NCBI GenBank assembly: GCA_965261085.1
Contig: OZ253442.1
Location: forward strand, 3,296,001-3,360,000
Reading direction: 5' to 3'
Source: a bacterium
GTDB taxonomy: Bacteria > UBA8248
Length of the DNA stretch: 64,000 nt
Shown here: piece after piece, positions 48,385 to 59,029 of the stretch
How positions within the stretch are numbered: the stretch's first letter is position 1
Layout: each line of letters begins with the position of its first letter
Made by a program: the position numbers and the translations under genes
Notes under the pieces: generated by a model
The model's database searches: none
Told to the model about the DNA's origin: nothing
What the model saw: only the letters and a program-made list of their open reading frames with translations

Positions 48385-49626
48385 TCACGATCGAGCGACG
48401 GAATCTCGGCTGCGTTGTGCGCCTCCATCTCCCTCGGCCCATCTCATGGCAGCGTAGGCCCCTACTCCGAAGACCCCGAAAGAGGCAATCAGGGCGTACA
48501 TGGTTCCATCGAAACTTTGGCCCACGAGCGCTCCGAATGGTACCGAGATAAAGGTGGAGAGCGAAGCAACCACTCCCGCTCCCACTCCGGCGATGTGGCC
48601 GAGGGGTTCCATGGCGAGCGCATTGAGATTTCCGAAGAGGAGTCCGATGCAGAGAAAGACGACGAGCAGGTAGGTCATGAACAGCCACAACGGAGGAAGT
48701 CCCTCGAAGGCGAAGGCCAGCGTCCACGCAACGGCCGAGACCAGTGTCATGGACACCGTCGCCGTCCTCGATAGCCGGTGCATCCCATACTTCATAACGA
48801 GCCACCCGTTCACGAGCGAGGCGCCTCCGAAAGCAAGCGCCAGCACGCCGAAATAGGCTGGGAATAGCGCGCCGGTCCTGTAGGCCTCCTGGAAGATTTG
48901 CTGGGCGGAGCTAAGGTAGGCCACGAACGGCGCGAACACGCATCCGGTGGCGACGGTATATCCAAGCGCGGCCCGAATCCGCAACACCTCCAGGACGGCT
49001 CCACCGATGGCGCGCGGGGAGAGGGGTCGCCGACGGGCGGTGGGCAGGGTTTCCGGCTGGCGAAGTGAAAACCATGCGAATGTGATCGCGGCGATGATGA
49101 AGAAGGTGGCGAATATCGCGCGCCAGCCACCCAGCCACATTATCCCCTGTCCGAGGAAAGGAGCGACAGTGGGAACGAGAATGAACACGGCCATCGCAAA
49201 CGACATGAGACGAGCCATTTGGCGTCCTTCGTATTGATCGCGCACCAAGGCAACGGTCACGATGCGCGGTCCCGCGATTCCGATGCCCTGCAGTACGCGG
49301 CCCGCAATCATCACCTCGAAAGTGTGTGCGAAGAAGCTCATGACACATCCCAACATGAACAGAACGAGGCCGGCATGGATAGAGGGCTTGCGTCCGATTC
49401 CGTCAGAGAGAGGGCCAAAAACGATCTGCCCAAAGGCGAGCCCCAGGAACACAGCCGTGACGACGAACTGAACGTCGTTTCTGCGCGGCGCCCCGAGGTC
49501 GTGGCCGATCACGGGCAGCGCCGGCAGTATCGCGTCAATAGCGAGCGCGACGAGCGCCATCAGAAGGGCGACGAGGGGAACGAATTCGCCAAGACGAAGG
49601 GCGGGTCCGATGGACGGTTTGCTCAT
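48385..49626 (-). CDS. Bcr/CflA-family MFS efflux transporter
   Basis: ALAID.ILPALP, GPLSD.IGRKP, GRVLQG, VRD.Y.G..MAR.MS, PETL. Confidence 0.92.
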   Translation of the reverse strand: MSKPSIGPALRLGEFVPLVALLMALVALAIDAILPALPVIGHDLGAPRRNDVQFVVTAVFLGLAFGQIVFGPLSDGIGRKPSIHAGLVLFMLGCVMSFFAHTFEVMIAGRVLQGIGIAGPRIVTVALVRDQYEGRQMARLMSFAMAVFILVPTVAPFLGQGIMWLGGWRAIFATFFIIAAITFAWFSLRQPETLPTARRRPLSPRAIGGAVLEVLRIRAALGYTVATGCVFAPFVAYLSSAQQIFQEAYRTGALFPAYFGVLALAFGGASLVNGWLVMKYGMHRLSRTATVSMTLVSAVAWTLAFAFEGLPPLWLFMTYLLVVFLCIGLLFGNLNALAMEPLGHIAGVGAGVVASLSTFISVPFGALVGQSFDGTMYALIASFGVFGVGAYAAMRWAEGDGGAQRSRDSVARS

Positions 49627-49910
49627 TTTCCCTCCCAGGGCGTCAATACCGATTGAATCGGTGTCGACTCGATCATAGTCCGGCCGGCGACAGCTTGATC
49701 ACGGTTACGCTCCGGCGTGTCGCAGTCTAATCCAGGCTGAAGTGTCTCACCTTTCGCCGCATGATGCGCCTCGAAATCTTCGATCGCCGTCCTGAACTGT
49801 TCCACATGCTCGGGGAGGCGGAGGAAATGGAAAGATTCCGGCACAGGTTTTCAGGCGTGGCCAGAGTGCAAAAAAAGCCGCCGTGGCCGGCGGGGCGCCA
49901 TGCGCCGGAT

Positions 49911-49940
49911 TTGACGATAACCCCAAGCGTTGTGTACATT
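49911..49940 (+). promoter_or_regulatory. Possible sigma70 promoter of the ABC operon (TTGACG-N18-TACATT)
   Basis: Motif in the AT-rich intergenic region ~150 bp upstream of 50089. Confidence 0.3.
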
Positions 49941-50088
49941 ACTGTGATTAACAGATAATTGAATAAAGTGATTCACCGATCGGTTTTGGCCGAAAGAATT
50001 GGAGGGGTGAATACGGCCGGGCGCGAATCGGTATTTTTCATAGCCGTGATTTAATCATCGTCTATACACTCTAAGGGGGAATTGGGAG

Positions 50089-51159
50089 ATGAGGAATACC
50101 TGGCTGTTTCAACTCGCGAAGACGTTTTTTGTAGTGATGGTGGTTTTTGCTTTTGCTGCTTCCGCAATGGCGGCGTCCAAAATCGGAAAGACCCGGGAAG
50201 AGATCATCAAGCTGTCGAAAAAAGAGCCTCCTGTTCGAATCGCCACGACCTGGGCGGGGAAAATCATCAATTTTCAGAAACGCGGCTTCAAGAAAAAATA
50301 CGGCTTGTCTTTAGACTTCACCAACGTGTCCGGGCTGGCCAGCCGGGAGCGGATAATGAACGAGGCGCTTAGCGGAATCTACGAAAACGACCTCGTGAAC
50401 GTTTCCGGTTCGCTGCGTGATAAATTCATCAAGGTCGGGATCATCGTTCCCATCAATTATGCTTCCCTTTTCCCGGAGGTGCGGAAGGATATCATCAGCC
50501 CCAAGGGCCATTTTCTGGGTACGGGGATGAATCAGTTCGGGATAGCCTACAACCCCAAAATAGTTTCGCCGGGTGATGCGCCCAAGGGCTGGCAGGATTG
50601 TTTGAATCCGAAGTGGAAGGGCAAGCTCGCCGTACTCACGCGCCCCTTGACTTGGATTCAACTGCATTTCTATTGGAAGAAAGAGAAAAGCGTCGCCTAC
50701 CACAAGGCGCTCAAGAACAATAAGCCCGTCTGGATGTCGAGCACGAATTCGACGACCGCGCAGGTAGCCGCCGGCGAGTTCCCGCTCCTTTGCGGCGTTC
50801 AGTATCATGCGGTCAAGAACGTGTTGCGCAGAGACCCGAAAGCTCCGATCAAGTTTACCGTTCCCAAGATATTTCCCTATCAGGTCGGTGAAGCCCTCGC
50901 GGTGATGAAGGGGGGGAAAGCTCCGAACTCCGCTATTCTGCTGGCGTCCTACCTCGCTACGGACGGAGCGCCCGGCTATGGCCTTTACGGGAGGAGCAAT
51001 CCGAATATCAAGGGAACGGATGCCTATAACTACATCAGAAAAGCCGGCGCCAAACCCGTCTGGTTCGGCTGGGAGGCCGCCGGATCGGTTCAGGCCAACG
51101 CATCCAGAGAGATCGTATCCACCTGGGGATTCCCCAAGGGCAGAAAGAGGAAGAAGTAG
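50089..51159 (+). CDS. ABC substrate-binding protein, Fe3+/thiamine/polyamine (AfuA-like) class
   Basis: Signal peptide, IAYN, P..W.D.L.PKWKG, APNSA.L. Confidence 0.85.
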   Translation: MRNTWLFQLAKTFFVVMVVFAFAASAMAASKIGKTREEIIKLSKKEPPVRIATTWAGKIINFQKRGFKKKYGLSLDFTNVSGLASRERIMNEALSGIYENDLVNVSGSLRDKFIKVGIIVPINYASLFPEVRKDIISPKGHFLGTGMNQFGIAYNPKIVSPGDAPKGWQDCLNPKWKGKLAVLTRPLTWIQLHFYWKKEKSVAYHKALKNNKPVWMSSTNSTTAQVAAGEFPLLCGVQYHAVKNVLRRDPKAPIKFTVPKIFPYQVGEALAVMKGGKAPNSAILLASYLATDGAPGYGLYGRSNPNIKGTDAYNYIRKAGAKPVWFGWEAAGSVQANASREIVSTWGFPKGRKRKK

Positions 51160-51187
51160 CATCCCGGGCGACGAGCGCCGGGATGCT
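51158..51187. other. Hairpin immediately after the SBP stop codon
   Basis: agcatcccgg-N10-ccgggatgct perfect 10-bp stem. Confidence 0.5.
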
Positions 51188-51393
51188 CCAGGGAGGTTTT
51201 CCGTCGGGGGCCAATGTCTCCGTAATCGATTCGGGCCGCTGGGCGCTCCGTCCGGGAGCGCCCGGCGGTCCATCCGGCGATTCCTTTCGGGGAGGCTCGG
51301 TTTGGCTCTTCCGTGTCCTTATCGACTGGCTCATCTGCGAACAAAAGGAAATGAGCCGCGCTCTTCCGTGCCGTTCGGCGAAGGACGAAAGAT

Positions 51394-53166
51394 ATGAAGT
51401 CCACTTCTTTGTCGCATCCGGTAATATGGGACCGAACTCTCCTGCTGTGGGTCTGGCTCAGGAACAATGCGATGATGCTCGTCATCACGGCGATTGTTTT
51501 GTTCCTCGTACTGGTTCCCGTCACCCGCTTGATTATCACCAGCCTGCAGATTGGCCATCCCGCATTCCCCGAAGGGTGGTCGACGGACAACTATGTCTCG
51601 GCCTTCACCACGCCCAATTTCTATGAAACCCTGGGGAGGACGTTTTGGATCGCTGGACTGGGGACCTTCATTTCCCTGACGTTCGCCGTTCTCCTGGCCT
51701 GGCTGGTCGAGCGGACCGATATGCCGCTTCGCAATCTCGCGTGGGCGATGATCCTGATCCCGATGGCCGTCCCCAACATTCTGTTTGCAATGGGGTGGAC
51801 GTTGCTTCTTTCCCCCAATGCCGGAGCCATGAACGTTTTCTTGCGAAGCGGGCTGGATTTGGCCGGCATCCACCTGACGAAGGGGCCGATCAACATCTAC
51901 TCCGTGGGTGGTCTCATTTTCCTCGACGGCATCCGGGGGGTGACGACGATCTTCCTGATGGTGGTGGGCTGCTTCCGAATGATGGACCCCGCTCTCGAGG
52001 AGGCCGCCAGGGTCTCGAAGGCGAGCGGGGTGGGGACATTCTTCAAGGTGACCCTGCCGGCGCTTTCCCCGGCCATTCTCGCGGCCGGCATGTATTCCTT
52101 CATTTTGAGCATGGAATCCTTCGAGGCCGCCTTGGCGGTGGGACTCCCGGGGGGCGTATTCGTGCTCAGCACGTTGATTTACTTTACGACCCGCGTGCAG
52201 GCTCCGCTGGACTACGGGCTGGGCGCCGTTTTCGGCGTGATTTTCATGTGCATCATGATGCTTCTGCTGATCGCCTACCGCCGCGCCGTGCGGCACGCGG
52301 ACCGGTTCTCGACGATCACGGGAAAGGGCTTCCGGCCCCGCATCATCTCCATCGGCAAATGGCGCTATCCGGCGCTTGGTCTTTTTATCCTTTTTTTCCT
52401 GGTGGCAATCGCCTTGCCCTTCGCCATCCTTCTCTGGACCAGCTTGATGCCGAGCTACCGCGTTCCATCCTTGGATGTTCTGCATCTTCTCACCCTGCGA
52501 AATTTTATCGAGGTTTTGCAGGACGAGCGCGTCTACAAAGTTCTGTGGAACACCTTCTTGCTCATGGTCGTTACGGCCACGGCCACCATGGTGTTCGCCC
52601 TTTTCGTCTCGTGGGTCATCGTCCGGGCCAAAGGGAAGGGAAAGGGACGGGGGGTGCTGGACGCTCTCGTGTTCATACCTCTCGCCATTCCGGGCATCGT
52701 CATCGCGATGGCTCTGTTGATGGCCTATCTGGTCCCCCCCTTCAACTACCTCGGCTTGTACGGGACCATTTGGATCCTGGTGCTGGGGTTGTCCGTGGCC
52801 TACCTTCCTTTCTCCACCCGCCTCATGAACGGCGCCATCGTTCAGATACATAAGGAACTCGAGGAAGCCGCTTACGTGAGCGGTGCGACGACGTTCCGCA
52901 CATTGGTTTACATCACTTTCCCCCTTCTTTTTCCCGCTTTCGCCGCTGGCTGGATATGGGTGGCCGTGCATGCTCTCCGGTCTTTTTCCATTCCTCTCAT
53001 GCTGGCGGGAAGGAATAACCAGGTTTTTGCCGTTCTGTTATGGGAGTATTGGGAGGATACGACTTCCCTGGCGGCGGCGATGGGGGTTCTGCTGATTTTC
53101 GGCTTGATTCCGCTGACTCTTCTCTTGCGGCGTTTCGTTACGCAATTGAGCGGCCAGCAGGGCTAG
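51394..53166 (+). CDS. ABC permease, FbpB-type (two fused TM domains)
   Basis: LAWLVERTD.P, DPALEEAARV, TITGKG.RP, ELEEAA.VSGA. Confidence 0.92.
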   Translation: MKSTSLSHPVIWDRTLLLWVWLRNNAMMLVITAIVLFLVLVPVTRLIITSLQIGHPAFPEGWSTDNYVSAFTTPNFYETLGRTFWIAGLGTFISLTFAVLLAWLVERTDMPLRNLAWAMILIPMAVPNILFAMGWTLLLSPNAGAMNVFLRSGLDLAGIHLTKGPINIYSVGGLIFLDGIRGVTTIFLMVVGCFRMMDPALEEAARVSKASGVGTFFKVTLPALSPAILAAGMYSFILSMESFEAALAVGLPGGVFVLSTLIYFTTRVQAPLDYGLGAVFGVIFMCIMMLLLIAYRRAVRHADRFSTITGKGFRPRIISIGKWRYPALGLFILFFLVAIALPFAILLWTSLMPSYRVPSLDVLHLLTLRNFIEVLQDERVYKVLWNTFLLMVVTATATMVFALFVSWVIVRAKGKGKGRGVLDALVFIPLAIPGIVIAMALLMAYLVPPFNYLGLYGTIWILVLGLSVAYLPFSTRLMNGAIVQIHKELEEAAYVSGATTFRTLVYITFPLLFPAFAAGWIWVAVHALRSFSIPLMLAGRNNQVFAVLLWEYWEDTTSLAAAMGVLLIFGLIPLTLLLRRFVTQLSGQQG

Positions 53167-53178
53167 GGTGGAGGCGCG

Positions 53179-54279
53179 ATGCGGATTACCGTCACCAATT
53201 TAAATAAGACGTTCAAAACGATAGATGGAGAAGTCGCCGCTCTTCAGGATGTGAGTTTCGAGGTCGACACGGGTGAATTTTATACGCTTTTGGGGCCGAG
53301 CGGCTGCGGAAAGAGTACGACGCTCCGGTGCATCGCGGGGCTCGAGAATCCGGACGGCGGTGAAATCCGACTCGGGGATCAAGTTGTCGCAGCTCCCGGA
53401 ATTTCCATCCCCGTGAACGAACGTCCCATCGGGATGGTGTTCCAGTCGTACGCGATCTGGCCCCATATGACCGTCTTCAACAACGTCGCCTTTCCCCTGA
53501 AACAGGGCAAGGCGCGCGTGTCTCGGGCCGAGAGAAACAAGCGCGTCATGGATATTCTCTCATTGATGCAGATGGAGGACCTGGCCCATCGGCCCGCCCC
53601 CTATCTGAGCGGCGGGCAGCAGCAGCGAGTAGCGCTGGCGCGCGCGCTCGTGTCCGGTTCCGAAATTCTTCTACTCGATGAACCCTTGAGCAATCTCGAC
53701 GCCAAGCTCCGGGAAGATTTGAGGCTGGAAATCAAGGATTTGACCCGGAGACTGGGAATTACCGCGATTTATGTGACCCACGATCAACTCGAAGCGCTCG
53801 CCATGTCCGATCGAATTGCGGTGATGCTGAACAGCCGGATCGTTCAAGAGGGCAGTCCCAAGGATCTTTATTTGAGGCCCAAGACCAGTTTTGTGGCCCA
53901 GTTTGTCGGACAGGTGAATTTCTTCGATGGAGTTGTCCAGGAGGAATCCGCTCATGGGCTCGGACTCGTAGAGACTGCCCAAGGGATTTGGCGTTGCTCC
54001 ATACCGGATGGAATGGCCAAGGGAGCGAAGGCCACGCTGGCGGTCAGACCCGAGGGCATGTCGCTTGCCGCTTCCGGGGAGGAGAAGGAAGCGAACATTC
54101 TGGGAGGAAGGGTGGAGAAAATGGTTTTTCTGGGCGAAACGATTGAATGCCAGGTTTTGGCCGGTTCCCGGATCGTGACGATGAAGGTTCCCATCACGGA
54201 GGAAATCACGGAGGGCGAGGAAATCTTTTTGCGGTTTGCCCCCGAGGCGTGCCTGGTTCTGCCGGAAGAATCGCTTTAG
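53179..54279 (+). CDS. ABC ATP-binding protein (FbpC/PotA-like, TOBE tail)
   Basis: GPSGCGKST, VFQSYAIWPHM, LSGGQQQRVALAR, LLDEPLSNLDA. Confidence 0.95.
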   Translation: MRITVTNLNKTFKTIDGEVAALQDVSFEVDTGEFYTLLGPSGCGKSTTLRCIAGLENPDGGEIRLGDQVVAAPGISIPVNERPIGMVFQSYAIWPHMTVFNNVAFPLKQGKARVSRAERNKRVMDILSLMQMEDLAHRPAPYLSGGQQQRVALARALVSGSEILLLDEPLSNLDAKLREDLRLEIKDLTRRLGITAIYVTHDQLEALAMSDRIAVMLNSRIVQEGSPKDLYLRPKTSFVAQFVGQVNFFDGVVQEESAHGLGLVETAQGIWRCSIPDGMAKGAKATLAVRPEGMSLAASGEEKEANILGGRVEKMVFLGETIECQVLAGSRIVTMKVPITEEITEGEEIFLRFAPEACLVLPEESL

Positions 54280-54352
54280 CGTCTTTTTTTCATTTCCGGG
54301 TAATTTTTGAATCTGCGATTTATGGTGCTCCTTATCATTTGAGAGGTAAAAG

Positions 54353-55606
54353 ATGACCAAGCCCTATTTCGATGAAAACAAGCCCGAAAACGAATACCCC
54401 AGTATCCTCACGGGGCCGCGCCCCGAGGAAGCGAAAAATGTTCGTTTGGTGGCCCATTCCGATCTGAACGGTTGGGGTGATGCGTTCCAGGTACGGGTGC
54501 GGGACGGCCTTTGCTACGTCATGGGCTCGGGCCTATACGGGTCGAACGGGCTCATGGTCCTGGATGTTTCCGATCCTTCCCATCCGAAAGTCATACAACA
54601 AATGGAAGATAATCCCGCTGGAAGAACCCATAAGGTTCTTCTTGTCGACGACGTGCTGATCACAAATGTCGAAAAGCGCGTGGGAATGGAGGACCCCGAG
54701 GTGATAGGTGGGCTTCGGGTTTTCGACAACTCCGATCCCCGTAATCCCAAATTCGTAAAAAACGTCGAGGCGGATGGACGGGGCATTCACCGGCCGGTCT
54801 ATGACTTTGACCGCAAGCTGATGTATAGCGGCGGCTATAAGGACGGATGCAACGGGCGGGCCCTTCTGATCCACGACATGCAGGATCCGCTGAATCCGAC
54901 TCTCATCGGCGAAGGATGGGTGCCGGGCCAGAACGAAGCGGCGGGCGAGGAGCCTACGTGGGATCTGGAATTGGTGCCGAAGGGCGGGGTCGATCTGCAC
55001 GAAGCGATACCGTATGGGAATTACGTTACCTGCGCCTGGCGGCGGGGGGGATTCGGCATGATGGATCTGACGGATCCCGCGAAGCCGGAGTTCATGTGGC
55101 GGCAAAACCCGTATGAAACCCATAACTGGTCGCCCGCGTCCCACACTTTCATGGTCCCGAAGGGGTCGGATTTTGGATTTCTTCTGACGGAGACCCATAC
55201 GACCAATTGCGCCCATCCGCCCGCATTCGCCACGTTTTTCGACATGCGGAACCACCTGCACCCGATCTCGATCAGCACTTTCAATCCCTATCCGATGGAT
55301 CCCGTCACGATGCGGCCGGTGGATTCTTCCTGGTGCCAACAGGGCGCCCGCTACGGAGCGCATAACACCTGGCAATGGATGGAGGCCGACGATTTGCTCC
55401 ACCTTACATGGTTTAATGCGGGCCTTCGGATTGTGGACTGGTCGAATCCCTTCGAGCCGAAGGAGGTGGGCTACTACATTCCGGCCGGGAACAATGAGCG
55501 CTTCTGTCCCCAGACGAACGAAGTCTTCGTGGATCGGGCAACCGGCCTCATCTACATCAGCGACCGGTGGGGGCTGGGTCTTCATATTCTGGAGTTCACC
55601 GGCTGA
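54353..55606 (+). CDS. LVIVD-repeat beta-propeller protein
   Basis: Recurrent G..vlDvSDP..P units (LMVLDVSDP, LRVFDNSDP, MMDLTDP, LRIVDWSNP) with conserved His residues. Confidence 0.8.
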   Translation: MTKPYFDENKPENEYPSILTGPRPEEAKNVRLVAHSDLNGWGDAFQVRVRDGLCYVMGSGLYGSNGLMVLDVSDPSHPKVIQQMEDNPAGRTHKVLLVDDVLITNVEKRVGMEDPEVIGGLRVFDNSDPRNPKFVKNVEADGRGIHRPVYDFDRKLMYSGGYKDGCNGRALLIHDMQDPLNPTLIGEGWVPGQNEAAGEEPTWDLELVPKGGVDLHEAIPYGNYVTCAWRRGGFGMMDLTDPAKPEFMWRQNPYETHNWSPASHTFMVPKGSDFGFLLTETHTTNCAHPPAFATFFDMRNHLHPISISTFNPYPMDPVTMRPVDSSWCQQGARYGAHNTWQWMEADDLLHLTWFNAGLRIVDWSNPFEPKEVGYYIPAGNNERFCPQTNEVFVDRATGLIYISDRWGLGLHILEFTG

Positions 55607-55643
55607 TCAGCGGGCTGAAACGCGCGGCTTTTGAGGAGCGAAC

Positions 55644-56513
55644 ATGCAGCGTGTGGGCAAGCATCTATACGTCGAGACGGGCTACGACTGGGCCAACGTG
55701 AGCGCCGCCGTTACGGACGCCGGTGTGGTGCTCGTGGACAGCCCCGTTCGCCCGTCCGATTCCCAAAAATGGCAGGAGGTTGTCCGCGGGCTGCACCCCA
55801 AGGGCGCGCGATACCTCATCACGACCGACTATCACGGCGACCATACCACCGGAGCATCCTTCATCAAGGGAATCGGCGAGACCGTCTTGTTTCTCGCCCC
55901 CCAGGTCGCCTACGAGGAGATTTCCAAGGGCGATAACGCCTTCTCCAAAGAGATTTTCGTGAACACCCTCCGGGATCTGGGCCACGCGGACGAGGCGGAC
56001 GCCATCGACAACGCCCCGGTTCCTCTGCCCGCTTTCTGCTGGGAGGAAACCATGGTTCTCCACCTTCCGCCTCTCACCTTCCACGTCAAGCGTATGGGAG
56101 GGCACTCCCCCGCTACATCGGCAATCTACGTTCCCGAGGAAGGGGTGCTCTTCTCCAGCGACGTGGTGAGCCACACCGGCGGCGGCATGAGGGACGCCAA
56201 CCTGGGGGAATGGATCCGCGCTCTGGAATGGATCGAGAGCCTGCCGATCGAAACAATCATCCCCGGTCATGGTGAAACTTGCGGGATGGACGTCGTTCGC
56301 CGCCAGAGAGAGCGCATGGTCACGATCCGCGAGGCGGTGTCCGAACTCGTGAAGAAAGGACTCACCAAGGCCGAGGTCGTGGCGGACGAATCCCTCGGCC
56401 GGCGTTTTTTCACAGCCGATGCCTCTCGAGGGGAATACTGGCTCCAGCAGCGCCGGGAGACGTTTCGCGACGGCATTTCACGTGTTTACGATGAAGTTGA
56501 GGAGGAGGTATAA
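55644..56513 (+). CDS. Metallo-beta-lactamase fold hydrolase (cyclase-like)
   Basis: VLVDS, TDYHGDH, GGHS, LFSSD, IPGHG. Confidence 0.88.
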   Translation: MQRVGKHLYVETGYDWANVSAAVTDAGVVLVDSPVRPSDSQKWQEVVRGLHPKGARYLITTDYHGDHTTGASFIKGIGETVLFLAPQVAYEEISKGDNAFSKEIFVNTLRDLGHADEADAIDNAPVPLPAFCWEETMVLHLPPLTFHVKRMGGHSPATSAIYVPEEGVLFSSDVVSHTGGGMRDANLGEWIRALEWIESLPIETIIPGHGETCGMDVVRRQRERMVTIREAVSELVKKGLTKAEVVADESLGRRFFTADASRGEYWLQQRRETFRDGISRVYDEVEEEV

Positions 56514-56514
56514 G

Positions 56515-56943
56515 ATGTACAGGGCAAGGGAGTTGAAGCTGGGGCGCATCTTCGAAGTCAATTTCGACCCGGGTGATGATTACTTCGAGGAGCTCAACAA
56601 GTTCGTCAAGAAAGAAAACATCCGGGCGGGTTCGGTTTTCCTCCTCGGCGCGCTCTCGGAGACCGAGATGATCTCCGGCTTCCGGAGCATGGAGGGCTAT
56701 GACGTCGCCCGCCACCACTTCGGCGACTGGCGCGAACTCGTTGCCTACGGAAATATTTCCTGGCCCGACAAACCCCCCGCGGCGCTCGGCGAGGGAGTCG
56801 TCTGGGACGAGCCTCAGCCCTACGTTCACATCCACATGGCCCTGAGCGGCGGTCCCGGCAAGAACGAAGACGTTCTCGTGGGGCACCTCAGCAACGGAAT
56901 ACTAAAGGGCGGCATGGCCACCCAAATCTACGAGTTGCTCTAA
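56515..56943 (+). CDS. DUF296 (PPC/PCC DNA-binding-like, Zn-binding) protein
   Basis: F..G.D, LGAL, EL...GNIS, HIH, VGHL; RBS GGAGG. Confidence 0.85.
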   Translation: MYRARELKLGRIFEVNFDPGDDYFEELNKFVKKENIRAGSVFLLGALSETEMISGFRSMEGYDVARHHFGDWRELVAYGNISWPDKPPAALGEGVVWDEPQPYVHIHMALSGGPGKNEDVLVGHLSNGILKGGMATQIYELL

Positions 56944-57103
56944 CCCGTGGGGGCGGCGCATTGCTTCTCGAACTTCAAGAAGAGATCGAGGAGCTTCGAG
57001 AGCGATACGGCGGGAGAGAGGCCGTCCTCAGTGGAGGCGGCTACTTCGGCTCTCCCACCCCGACCGATTGATGGGTGAACAACCACCCGAAAGAAGGAAA
57101 GAC

Positions 57104-57475
57104 ATGAGAAAGAAACTTCGCATCTACGGCATCGCAATCCTGGCCGCGGTGTGCGTCTCGGGCTCTTCTCTCGCAGAGGCGGCCATGATCACCGCGCAGG
57201 AGAAAAAGCTCATCCGGGCGGCGAAAAAAGAAGGCGTCGTCGTCATTATCAACCCCCTGTTCAGCGACCGGACTTCCAAGGTGATGGCCCCGGCCTTCAT
57301 CAAGCGCTACGGCCTGGGAAGCGGCTTCAAGTTCCGCAACTTGCGCAAAGGAACCGGCTCGACCGTCGCGCAGGTGCGCCAGGAGATCAAGGCGGGGAAA
57401 TTCAAACTCCCTCGTATACCGAAGGAGCCCTGCCGGGCTATTATACGGCTATCCCAAAGAATCTCCCGGATTTAA
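57104..57475 (+). pseudogene. Truncated ABC substrate-binding protein (N-terminal ~100 aa only)
   Basis: Signal peptide, LIRAAKKEG, F.KRYG, E.KAGK, then abrupt loss of similarity near 57405. Confidence 0.7.
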
Positions 57476-57634
57476 CCTTCCCGAAAACCGATCAGGGAAT
57501 TATCTGGGAAACGGGTTCGCAATCTGCGCCTTTATTTCTTCTTCATTATGAATTCGCCTTGCACGAAATGGAAACCCGGTGCGGTTTATCTGTGGTTCCG
57601 CTCCTGATGTTTCTACTCGGAACGAACGGGGTTT

Positions 57635-59029
57635 TCACAGGATAGGCCACTTCCCCGGCACTTTTACGCCGCTCCTCTCGAGGATTCCCACCGCACATTC
57701 CTGGCACCTTTCCAGGATCTCCTCCTCATCCACCGTCTTCACCTGGCGATCTTCCATGATGATTTTCCCGTCGATAAACACCGTCTCCACCGAATCGCCC
57801 GAAGCGGAATACACGAGGTTTTGCACTTCACTATAGAGCGGATACCACTCAGGCCGCTTCATGGTGATGATAATCAAATCCGCCTTTTTATCGATCTCGA
57901 GCGAACCTATTTCATGGTCCATTCCAATGGCGCGAGCCCCGTTAATTGTAGCCATTTCAATGGCTGTCTCCGCAGAACCGGCATCGGGGTCGTAGCGATA
58001 ATCCTTCGGGAGGACACCGGCCAGGTACATGACACGAATCATGTCGGCATAATTCGAGCAATCCGAAGCGTCGCTTCCGATTCCGACAATGACCCCTTTG
58101 GCCACCATCTCCGGAAATCTTCCGAATGCCGCGTTGCCGTAGGAAATCTTCAGGGCCGTCGAGGGACAGTGAATCACCCGCGCTTCTTTTTCGACCAGCA
58201 TATCGATTTCTCGCTCGTTCACATGAATCATGTGAACGAGAACCGTATTCGGCCCGAGCACGTCCAAATGATACAAATGCTCGACGGGACGGTGACCGCT
58301 GCGCATGCGCGTAGCTGTCACTTCCTCGAACATGGCCGCAAGGTGTAGGTTCAGGGTGGTCCCGTAATCGTCAGCCATCTTTTTCGAATCGATATAAAGC
58401 TTGTCTGAACAGCGGCCGAGCCCGACGACGTCCACACACGCCTTGATCAACCCACCGTTGTAGCCATCCTTATACTTTTCCAGGAAGGCGAGATTTTCCT
58501 TCAGGCAGGTGTCGGTATCTTCCAAAAGCATGCTGTGCCCCAGAAACTCCTGGTCGAAGGACCGCCTGCCCATCAGGCCGCGCATACCGATGCGCGAGAT
58601 TCCCTCGATTACCGCCGCCGGGTTGTAAGAGCCCGCCTCCAGAAAGGTGGTGGTGCCCGCCTTGAGGGTTTCCAGGAGAATCGTCAGCCCGCCGTAGATC
58701 TCATCCTCGGGGGTGAGGACCGTGGCGATATATCTGTGCACGTAGTCGGACCACGGCAAGCCTCCCAGATTTTCCGGAGCCCGCCCCCGGTGCATGGTGT
58801 GGTAAAAATGCATGTGGGAATTCACGAAACCGGGCATGATGAGCTTCCCCTTTGCGTCAATCACGCGCCCAGCGGTGAATTCCTGGTTCAACTCCTCCGC
58901 CTTTCCGACTGCGGCGATTCGGTCTCCTCGAATGGCTACGGCGCCGTCGCGAATAATGCGGCGCTCTTCGTCCACTGTGATGACGGTTCCCCCGCTTATC
59001 AGATAATCGGCTTCCTGAGGCATTTTCAT
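57635..59029 (-). CDS. Amidohydrolase, MTA/SAH-deaminase/AtzB-like
   Basis: MPGFVNSHMH, GTTT, H.., VHM, HCP, GSD, MATINGA, GSLE..KKAD. Confidence 0.9.
   Translation of the reverse strand: MKMPQEADYLISGGTVITVDEERRIIRDGAVAIRGDRIAAVGKAEELNQEFTAGRVIDAKGKLIMPGFVNSHMHFYHTMHRGRAPENLGGLPWSDYVHRYIATVLTPEDEIYGGLTILLETLKAGTTTFLEAGSYNPAAVIEGISRIGMRGLMGRRSFDQEFLGHSMLLEDTDTCLKENLAFLEKYKDGYNGGLIKACVDVVGLGRCSDKLYIDSKKMADDYGTTLNLHLAAMFEEVTATRMRSGHRPVEHLYHLDVLGPNTVLVHMIHVNEREIDMLVEKEARVIHCPSTALKISYGNAAFGRFPEMVAKGVIVGIGSDASDCSNYADMIRVMYLAGVLPKDYRYDPDAGSAETAIEMATINGARAIGMDHEIGSLEIDKKADLIIITMKRPEWYPLYSEVQNLVYSASGDSVETVFIDGKIIMEDRQVKTVDEEEILERCQECAVGILERSGVKVPGKWPIL

Noticed and set aside
49623-49850. Small ORF upstream of the Bcr/CflA transporter, possibly an alpha/beta-hydrolase tail
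   Set aside because: Only a weak HF....E.F...I..F resemblance; too short to call
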